Below are positions 10,977 to 18,132 of a DNA stretch of 64,000 nucleotides, in pieces. Source of the stretch: a candidate division FCPU426 bacterium (lineage in GTDB: Bacteria; Oederibacteriota; Muellerivitia; Muellerivitales; Muellerivitaceae); the NCBI GenBank assembly GCA_963847625.1, contig CAWKAR010000045.1, forward strand, positions 64,001 to 128,000, written 5' to 3'. The notes below the pieces were generated by a model that saw only the letters and a program-made list of their open reading frames with translations, did no database searches and was not told the origin of the DNA. A program made the translations under genes and the position numbers. Every line of letters begins with the position of its first letter. The first letter of the stretch is position 1.

Positions 10977-12329
10977 TAGTGTATTTTTGGGGGGTGTAAA
11001 AAGAAGCGGGCGTAACATGGTGTTTGTCTAGAACGCCATATCCTTTTTGTGAAAGGAAGTTACGCCCATGAAGAATATACACCTAGCCTTACAGGCCTTG
11101 GCAAGAGAGAAAACTCAAGCCTGGGTGAAATCTGTGGTTGGAAGCCGTGAGGTCGGCGAATGGGTAGGAGAAGCCCTGAATCAACAACTTTCGGAGGCTT
11201 TCAACGCCCAGTTGAGGAAAGAACGGGATGAAGCGTTGAATCGCCAGCCATATGAAAGGCAGGAAGGAAGCCGGTATCGCAATGGGTTCAAGCGGATCCT
11301 AGTTGCTGGATTTCTGGGACCTTTGGTGCTGAAAAAGCCAGTTTTGAGGAAAGGCGGATTTGTTTCGGAAACTCTGACGGCATTGAGAGCTGGAAGCCAA
11401 GCCTTGGTGGGATTTCTGGGAATGAAGTTCTGGCTAAAGGGGGCTTCCACCCGGTCGGTGGCGGCAGGGCTAAACGAGGCCTTTGGAACTAAGCTGACAG
11501 CCAATCACGTTAGCCAGATGACCAATGCCTTAAAACCTACCCTGGAAGCCTGGGCTAAACGGCTATTACCCACCGGGATTCAATACTTGTACTTGGATGC
11601 CCTTTACCTGACGGTCAGGCGACAGGAAGCCGGTGTGAAACAAGCTTTGCTGGTGGCCATCGGGGTGGATGGGAACCTGAAGAGGCATTTTCTGGGGTAC
11701 ATGGTGGGAGACCGTGAAAGTGAGTCGGCCTGGGAAGCCATGTTGGAAGACTTGTTGAACAGAGGCTTAGACAGAAAAAGCTTACGAATGGTGGTATCCG
11801 ACGCCCACGGTGGAATTGTCGCGGCGGTGAAAAATCGTCTTGGAATCCCCCATCAATTATGCTTGGTACACAAGATGGAAAACGTCCGGTGTCGAGTGGC
11901 CCAGAAGGACAGAAAGGCATTCATGGCTGATTTCAAAGCGGTGTATTGGGCCGAAAGTCGAGAGAACGCCTTGGTGGCACTAGGAAGTCTCAAGGCTAAG
12001 TGGGCCAAAACCTATCCCAAAGCAGTGGAGATGGCAGAGGAAAAATTCGACTCCTATACGCAGTTTTTCCAGGAAGACCGGAAGTTTTGGAAGATTACCC
12101 GCACCAGCAACCTAATCGAACGGCTTAACGAGGAGTTAAGGAAAAGGCTGAGGCCAGCGGGGATGATGCAGAACGAGCTGGAGATCGCCAAGTTGGTGTG
12201 GGGGGTAACCGAAACCCAACAACAAAATTGGAACAAGACTAAAGCCTACACCTCAAGAAGGGAGGCGGAGGTTCAAGCTGCTTGATTAAGACGCCCGTGG
12301 AAATTTACACCCAAAATATTGACGCAGGG
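10975..12329 (+). mobile_element. IS256-family insertion sequence
   Basis: Transposase ORF; imperfect 26-bp terminal IRs sharing GGGTGTAAA; target duplication CAAATTTC at 10967-10974 and 12330-12337 (ends uncertain by 1-2 bp). Confidence 0.92.
11068..12285 (+). CDS. IS256-family (Mutator-type) DDE transposase
   Basis: YRNG, YLYLDAL, VVSDAHGGI, QLCLVHKMEN and RTSNLIERLNEELRKR motifs; 405 aa. Confidence 0.95.
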   Translation: MKNIHLALQALAREKTQAWVKSVVGSREVGEWVGEALNQQLSEAFNAQLRKERDEALNRQPYERQEGSRYRNGFKRILVAGFLGPLVLKKPVLRKGGFVSETLTALRAGSQALVGFLGMKFWLKGASTRSVAAGLNEAFGTKLTANHVSQMTNALKPTLEAWAKRLLPTGIQYLYLDALYLTVRRQEAGVKQALLVAIGVDGNLKRHFLGYMVGDRESESAWEAMLEDLLNRGLDRKSLRMVVSDAHGGIVAAVKNRLGIPHQLCLVHKMENVRCRVAQKDRKAFMADFKAVYWAESRENALVALGSLKAKWAKTYPKAVEMAEEKFDSYTQFFQEDRKFWKITRTSNLIERLNEELRKRLRPAGMMQNELEIAKLVWGVTETQQQNWNKTKAYTSRREAEVQAA

Positions 12330-12450
12330 CAAATTTCGGGGTACTTAGTAGCAGATACCGGTGAACCTAGTAGCAGATTCCGGGGAACCTAGTAGCAGAT
12401 ACCGGGGAATCTAGTAGCAGAACCCAGTGAACCTAGTAGCAGATTTCGGG
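12330..12450. repeat. Continuation of the 22-bp array (rest of unit 19, units 20-24)
   Basis: Units start at 12341, 12363, 12385, 12407 and 12429; a degenerate unit (acacctattggcata) follows. Confidence 0.97.
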
Positions 12451-12489
12451 ACACCTATTGGCATATTGGCTTTTTAAAAGGAGTTTTAT

Positions 12490-14043
12490 ATGGCTGGTAT
12501 AAAACAAGAATCCCTATCTTGGATCGATCAAATTAAAGACCTAAAAGCCTATCTTAAGAAAAAGCCCTCCGCTAAAAGAATTGAGCTTAGAGAAGCTCTC
12601 AAACTTAGCGATGGTCGAATCACCATTCTTTACTCCATTGAAACCTGTTTCGACGAACTTGCCTTGAAAAAGGTTCGTCAGGCGGCAAAAGGGGCATCCC
12701 CCTTTACCCTGTCCTCAAACGCCGCCCTGGCCTTGGCAAAGTTGAAAGGGAGAGTCCAGGATTTTCCCAAGATATTCCACCAGGTTTTGGATTTTGTTTT
12801 GGCCCAAAGATTGATTCCGATGAAAATCGAAGCCCTGGTGGAGTGGATTATAGAAGGTAAACCAATTAGTGGATTCGACCCCACCCGGGTCAAGAGAAAG
12901 AGCCCGAAAGGCCCCTCCTTGGGACCCAGGGAGGTTCGGGAAGAAGCCGCCCCAATAGGGAATAAATCCGATGTCCAAACGCCAGGGGCGGCCGTTGGCC
13001 GGGAGGGGGAATTACCGCCCCAAAAGCCGGGGGAAAAACCGGACTGGAAGGGCATTAGGGAAGCTATTTACGGGGCCGCGACTTTGGTGTTCATCATATT
13101 GTTCGCGAGGTGCGCGTGGCATGATTTTAAAACCTGGGAGGGCGCGCAAACCCATTCTGATGCCGCGGCCACGCCGGCAGTCGCCAATAATCCAAGCGGT
13201 TCGAATGAGGCCACGAATGCAGGAAGTAAGTTAGAAGTTAGGAGTGAGGAGTTAGGAGTTAAGGCGAACAACCAACCTACCTCAATTCAAAATTCGGGCG
13301 CGCCAGCGCCCGTTGTTGCTTGGAATGCTTCCCTCGAAACCGAAACCCAAATGGACAATGAACTTTTCCCCTTGCCCGATTACTGCGTCATCAAGCCCAT
13401 CCTGCCCTTGCCGGCGGTGAATATGGACGCGGTAAAAGCCGGGAATTTATTGGCTCTTTTCCAGGATGTCGACAAATACTCGGTCTGGTACGGGAACGAG
13501 AGAGTGACCGTCGAATCAGCCCCCGTCAACCCCGCCTTCCTGGCTCTTTTTTTCAAGGACAAGGGACCGGTGGAAATAAATTGGAATACCCTGAAAGCCA
13601 TTCATTGCGATGAAGCGCAGGTGTTCGGGGAACACACCGGGGAGACCCTGTACCAATGCGGGTTGGTTTCGTCCGGCTTGGAAAAGGCCGTCGAAATCGA
13701 ATGTACCGCGCTTGATGATTTCAACAACCTGGTATCGGCCCTGTTTTTTTGGGCCAAGAACGTGACGCCGTCGGGACTGCCTTACCTTCACCAGGGAACC
13801 GTGTTCGACAGCCAAGCGCTGGTCAAGGTGGTATGGGCCGGAAGCCCGGCGGACAAGGCGGGTTTGAGACTAAACGACATGGTTTGGGGATTGGACCAGG
13901 ACGGCGACCGACAACAAAAACCCATCGCCGTGGAAAAGGGTTTGGATGCCCTCGAAGCGGGAAGGCATGCGCTATACGTGATCCGGGGAGGGAGGGTGTC
14001 CCCGGAAACGCCCAGGACGAGGCTTGAGTTGATGGTTCCATAA
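12490..14043 (+). CDS. Bitopic membrane protein: N-terminal ParB/Spo0J-like HTH domain, single TM helix, C-terminal PDZ-like domain
   Basis: RBS AAGGAG; QESLSWID...ELREALKLSDGRITILYSI...LSSNAALALAKL...QVLDFVLAQRLIPMKIEALVE follows the ParB DNA-binding-domain pattern; TM AIYGAATLVFIILFA; VKVVWAGSPADKAGLRLNDMV is PDZ-like. Confidence 0.7.
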   Translation: MAGIKQESLSWIDQIKDLKAYLKKKPSAKRIELREALKLSDGRITILYSIETCFDELALKKVRQAAKGASPFTLSSNAALALAKLKGRVQDFPKIFHQVLDFVLAQRLIPMKIEALVEWIIEGKPISGFDPTRVKRKSPKGPSLGPREVREEAAPIGNKSDVQTPGAAVGREGELPPQKPGEKPDWKGIREAIYGAATLVFIILFARCAWHDFKTWEGAQTHSDAAATPAVANNPSGSNEATNAGSKLEVRSEELGVKANNQPTSIQNSGAPAPVVAWNASLETETQMDNELFPLPDYCVIKPILPLPAVNMDAVKAGNLLALFQDVDKYSVWYGNERVTVESAPVNPAFLALFFKDKGPVEINWNTLKAIHCDEAQVFGEHTGETLYQCGLVSSGLEKAVEIECTALDDFNNLVSALFFWAKNVTPSGLPYLHQGTVFDSQALVKVVWAGSPADKAGLRLNDMVWGLDQDGDRQQKPIAVEKGLDALEAGRHALYVIRGGRVSPETPRTRLELMVP

Positions 14044-14132
14044 AACAACCCAGGGCGTGTAATTAAATTGAATGATGGCATAATGAAAGCCGGTTTTGCC
14101 AAACGCGGTCCTAAAAAGGCGGCATTGATAAG

Positions 14133-15035
14133 ATGAAAATATTTTTAACAGGCGGCAGCGGCTTTATCGGCCATTGGGTCGTCAAAGAGCTTTTGGCCCG
14201 GGGGCATCCCCTTCGCCTTTTGATCCGGAACACGGCTAAAATCCCCTCGCTGAAAACCATGACGGGTGTGGAGATCGTGGAAGGCACGCTATACGACCAG
14301 CCCATCATCGAGAAAGCCTTAAAAGATTGTGAGGCCTGTGTTCATATTGCCCTGGGTTGGGGGGAAACACCGACCACCATGCTTCAAAAGGACACGGCGG
14401 TCACCGCGTTTTTGTTGGAGGCGGCTGAAGGGGCGGGTGTGAAACAGTTTCTTTATACCTCCTCCACGGCCGCGGTGGGGGAGTTCCGCCCTCTCATGGC
14501 CGAAAGCGTTGACCTGAGGCCGGTCGACCTTTACGGGTCCACCAAGGCGGCTTCGGAGGCCTATCTGTTGGGCTTCGCGGCCAAGGCGCGTATTCGCTGC
14601 AACATCATCCGGCCCGGTTATACTTTCGGCAATCCCGCTTTCGCGGATGGGGTCACCCAGCCGGACCAGCGTTTCAACCAGATCGTCGCGGCGGCGAAAA
14701 AGAATGGGCCTATCAAGGTCACCCAGCATGATGGAACGCAGTTCATCTGGGCGGGGGACCTGGCGAAGTTGTATTCCGCTGTTTTAAGGGGCGGAATGAA
14801 CCGCCGGATTTTCTTCGGCTTATCCAATGAGTTTGTGACTTGGAAAGCGGTGGCTCAAAAAGCCAAAGAGATCATTGGCTCCCACAGTGAGATCGTGGCC
14901 GAGGACAAGGGCTGGGACGAAAAGCCGATGTTGTTTGACCTGGGCATGATCAAGAAAGAGTTCGGCCTGGAATTCACGGCCTCCCAAGAAATCGAGAAGC
15001 ATTTGGAATATTTGGCAAGGCGAGCCATCGCTTGA
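14133..15035 (+). CDS. NAD-dependent epimerase/dehydratase (extended SDR)
   Basis: TGGSGFIG Rossmann motif, YTSST, YGSTK catalytic motif. Confidence 0.92.
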   Translation: MKIFLTGGSGFIGHWVVKELLARGHPLRLLIRNTAKIPSLKTMTGVEIVEGTLYDQPIIEKALKDCEACVHIALGWGETPTTMLQKDTAVTAFLLEAAEGAGVKQFLYTSSTAAVGEFRPLMAESVDLRPVDLYGSTKAASEAYLLGFAAKARIRCNIIRPGYTFGNPAFADGVTQPDQRFNQIVAAAKKNGPIKVTQHDGTQFIWAGDLAKLYSAVLRGGMNRRIFFGLSNEFVTWKAVAQKAKEIIGSHSEIVAEDKGWDEKPMLFDLGMIKKEFGLEFTASQEIEKHLEYLARRAIA

Positions 15036-15088
15036 TCTCAAATCAAGCGATGATGATTGCTCGCACAGATTCAAAAGGAATCTGTGCG
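15026..15088. repeat. Twin perfect hairpins (11-bp stems, 5-nt loops)
   Basis: CATCGCTTGAT-ctcaa-ATCAAGCGATG (15026-15052) and CGCACAGATTC-aaaag-GAATCTGTGCG (15062-15088). Confidence 0.8.
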
Positions 15089-15423
15089 TGCCTAGAAATT
15101 ACAACTTTTCAAATAGGCCGGATTTTGGAAATGGCGCGAGGTGTCCATTTTTTCAGGGAAACTCCAGCCTTCGCCCCAACCGCGGCACCCGCATAAAAAT
15201 TCCCAAACGTCCTTGCCGTTCCTAAAGGTTTTCCTTTTATTCCTCAGCCCCACACCCTTGCATCTCCATCTTTAAAAGTTGCCCTAAGGAATAGTGTGGA
15301 ATAAGCTATATCAACGTTTTTAAGATTTTTTTACCCTAGGTATCCATGCGCCGGTTCACTATAAAAATTAAAATGATAATCTGTGCAATACCAAACTCTA
15401 TAAATGCTTTAAGGAAGGTTGGC

Positions 15424-16686
15424 ATGCAGAAGATTTTATTTCGATTGAGTTCCGGCCTAATGCTATTGGCGTTTTTAGGGTTATTTCCGGCCGCATGCGG
15501 CAAGAAAGGCGTCACCGTGACGACCCTGGCGGGGACAGGGAATGCCGGATGGAACAATGGTACGGGGACCGACGCTTCGTTTTCTTATCCCTATGGGGTC
15601 GCGGTTGATTCCACTGGAAATGTTTACGTCGCGGATTGGGGCAACAACCTGATCCGGAAAATAACCGCTACGGGTGAGGTGACGACCTGGGCGGGCGGCG
15701 GGTCGGGTACTGCGACCAATGGTACGGGAACCTCCGCAACGTTTTGGATCCCCACGGGAGTTGCGGTTGATTCTAACGGTAATGTTTACGTCGCGGACCA
15801 AGGCAACCACTTAATCCGGAAGATCGACTCAAATGGCGTGGTGACCACCTTGGCGGGAAGGGCAGGTGTTGTTGGGTCCTCGGATGGGCCGGCGAAAGAC
15901 GCTACCTTCAATTTGCCCACTGGAGTCGCTGTCGATGCCGCCGGGAATGTTTACGTGGCCGATTCGGGCAACCATGTGATCCGAAAAATTTCCGAAGGGG
16001 GTGTCGTGACGACCTTGGCTGGTTCCGCGGGCGTGACCGGCTCCGGCGACGGGACGGGAATCGCCGCGGATTTTAACACGCCCTTCGGGGTCGCGGTTGA
16101 TGCTTCCGGGAATGTTTATGTCGCCGATTACGGCAACCATCTGATCCGTAAAATCAATTCGGCGGGGTTGGTGACGACCCTGGCGGGGACCGGGGTGGTT
16201 GGGTCCGCCAACGGGCCGGCGACCGCCGCCCAGTTCTTCAATCCCGAGGGAATCGCGGTTGATTCCTCCGGGAATGTTTTTGCCGGGGATTCGGGCAACC
16301 ATTTGATCCGGAAAATCACACCCGACGGGATGGTCTCGACCCTGGCGGGGACGGGGCAAGCGGGTTATGCGGACGGACCCACCATTGTCCCATCGTTTTC
16401 GTGGCATTTTTGGAAATCTGTCATCGGATGGTTCCGAAATGTCAACGCCGGCGCCCCGGTGCAGATTATCGGGGGGGCCATGGGGGTTACCACCGGCGGT
16501 TTATCGTCTCCCCCGACACCTGGGAACCAGGGGATGCCCCAGGCGACTCCGGCGGGGACTGCCATGCCCCCCAGCAGACCGGTGGTTCCAGCGTCGTTCC
16601 AGTGGCCCGCGGGAATCGCGGTTGATTCCTCGGGAACTGTTTACGTGGCGGACCGGGACAACCATATGGTCCGGAAAATTAAATAA
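15424..16686 (+). CDS. NHL-repeat beta-propeller lipoprotein
   Basis: Signal peptide ending FPAA-CGKK; repeats of FNxPxGVAVDSSGNVYVADxGNHLIRKI; RBS-like AGGAAGG before ATG 15424. Confidence 0.9.
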   Translation: MQKILFRLSSGLMLLAFLGLFPAACGKKGVTVTTLAGTGNAGWNNGTGTDASFSYPYGVAVDSTGNVYVADWGNNLIRKITATGEVTTWAGGGSGTATNGTGTSATFWIPTGVAVDSNGNVYVADQGNHLIRKIDSNGVVTTLAGRAGVVGSSDGPAKDATFNLPTGVAVDAAGNVYVADSGNHVIRKISEGGVVTTLAGSAGVTGSGDGTGIAADFNTPFGVAVDASGNVYVADYGNHLIRKINSAGLVTTLAGTGVVGSANGPATAAQFFNPEGIAVDSSGNVFAGDSGNHLIRKITPDGMVSTLAGTGQAGYADGPTIVPSFSWHFWKSVIGWFRNVNAGAPVQIIGGAMGVTTGGLSSPPTPGNQGMPQATPAGTAMPPSRPVVPASFQWPAGIAVDSSGTVYVADRDNHMVRKIK

Positions 16687-16729
16687 CTTTAAAGAAGGTT
16701 GGCATGCGCCGATTCTTTATAAAAATTAA

Positions 16730-16908
16730 GGTAAGTATCCTTTTACAACAAGTAAAAGCAAAAAGATATGGAACCGCCGATCAAATCCGATGGACGCCGA
16801 TAAGTTTGAGAAAGCCTTAAACTATAAGCCGTTATCGGCGCGTGCGGAGCACGTCGGTCGTTATCCGCGGTAAAAAAATTTCTTTACGGTCGTGAAGGTA
16901 TAGTCACC
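16730..16908. mobile_element. Putative 179-bp MITE with internal palindrome
   Basis: Imperfect TIRs (14/20), flanking AAAATTAA/AAAATAAA, and an uninterrupted homologous site at 15346-15392. Confidence 0.6.
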
Positions 16909-17032
16909 AAAATAAAATGATAATCGGTGCTATACCGCGCCGGTTCCCCTATGGAACCGACACATCAAAACATGCGCCTCGGTTTGAAGCCCCGGCGCAG
17001 GTGCTCCTTTAACATCTTTGTGGAAGGTTGGC

Positions 17033-18091
17033 ATGCGCCGAACTTTATTCCCTCTGGGTTCCAGCCTTGCGCTATTAGTTGTTTTTGGTTTATTCCCATC
17101 CGCTTGCGGAAAAAGAAGCGGCGCAGTGACGACCCTGGCGGGAAATATCTTGGCTGGGTTCGCCGATGGAAAGGGAAGAGAAGCAACGTTTACTCATCCT
17201 GGTGGTGTCGCGGTTGATTCTTCCGGCAATGTTTACGTCGCGGATACTGAAAACCAACTCATCCGTAAAATCACAGCTGACGGGGTGGTGTCGACCCTGG
17301 CGGGGTCGGCGGGGGTCACCGGGGAAAGCAACGGAACGGGAACCGCCGCCTCGTTCAATCATCCCACTGGAGTCGCGGTCGATTCATCCGGGAATGTTTA
17401 TGTCGCGGACTCCAACAACAACCGGATACGGAAAATCACCCCGACGGGCGTGGTAACGACCCTGGCGGGGTCCGGTTCAGTTGGTTCCGGCAATGGGACT
17501 GGTACCTTCGCATCGTTCAATTGGCCCCGCGCGGTCGCTGTCGATTCTTCGGGAAATGTTTACGTCGCGGATGCGGCGAACCGATTGATCCGGAAAATCA
17601 CCCATGAGGGCGTGGTAACGACCCTGGCTGGGTCGGGATCTCAAGGGTCTTCCAATGGGCAGGGAACATCGGCATTGTTCAACCAGATTTGGGGGATCGC
17701 GGTTGATTCCCCGGGAAATGTTTACGTGGCGGACACTTTCAACCATCTGATCCGGAAAATCACCCCTGCCGGTTTGGTGTCAACCCTGGCGGGGTCGGGG
17801 GCGCAAGGATCTGCCAACGGAACGGGCCCCGCGGCAGCCTTTTCTTATCCTGCCGGCGTCGCCGTTGATGCTTCCGGGATTGTTTATATCGCGGATTACC
17901 ATGACTTCCTGATCCGGAAAATTACCGCCGGGGGAGTGGTGACGACCCTGGCAGGGACGGGATCTCCGGGGGCTGTCAACGGGATAGGGACCGACGCATC
18001 GTTCAATAAACCCACCGGAATCGCGGCCGATTCCTCCGGTACTGTTTACATCGCGGATACCTTCAATAACTTGATCCGAAAAATCCAATAA
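17033..18091 (+). CDS. NHL-repeat beta-propeller lipoprotein (paralog)
   Basis: Signal peptide ending FPSA-CGKR; six NHL repeats; same GGAAGGTTGGCATG start context as 15424. Confidence 0.9.
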   Translation: MRRTLFPLGSSLALLVVFGLFPSACGKRSGAVTTLAGNILAGFADGKGREATFTHPGGVAVDSSGNVYVADTENQLIRKITADGVVSTLAGSAGVTGESNGTGTAASFNHPTGVAVDSSGNVYVADSNNNRIRKITPTGVVTTLAGSGSVGSGNGTGTFASFNWPRAVAVDSSGNVYVADAANRLIRKITHEGVVTTLAGSGSQGSSNGQGTSALFNQIWGIAVDSPGNVYVADTFNHLIRKITPAGLVSTLAGSGAQGSANGTGPAAAFSYPAGVAVDASGIVYIADYHDFLIRKITAGGVVTTLAGTGSPGAVNGIGTDASFNKPTGIAADSSGTVYIADTFNNLIRKIQ

Positions 18092-18132
18092 ATTTAATCA
18101 ACCCCTGGAGAAACGAAAAAGGTTTTTCACCC

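Noticed and set aside
10563..12450. CRISPR array
   Set aside because: Period is only 21-22 bp, the variable part is a few recurring variants rather than unique spacers, and no cas genes are in the window
10420..12450. Plasmid or phage iteron origin
   Set aside because: An AT-rich stretch precedes the array, but there is no Rep, ParA, integrase or att site nearby; kept only as a weaker alternative
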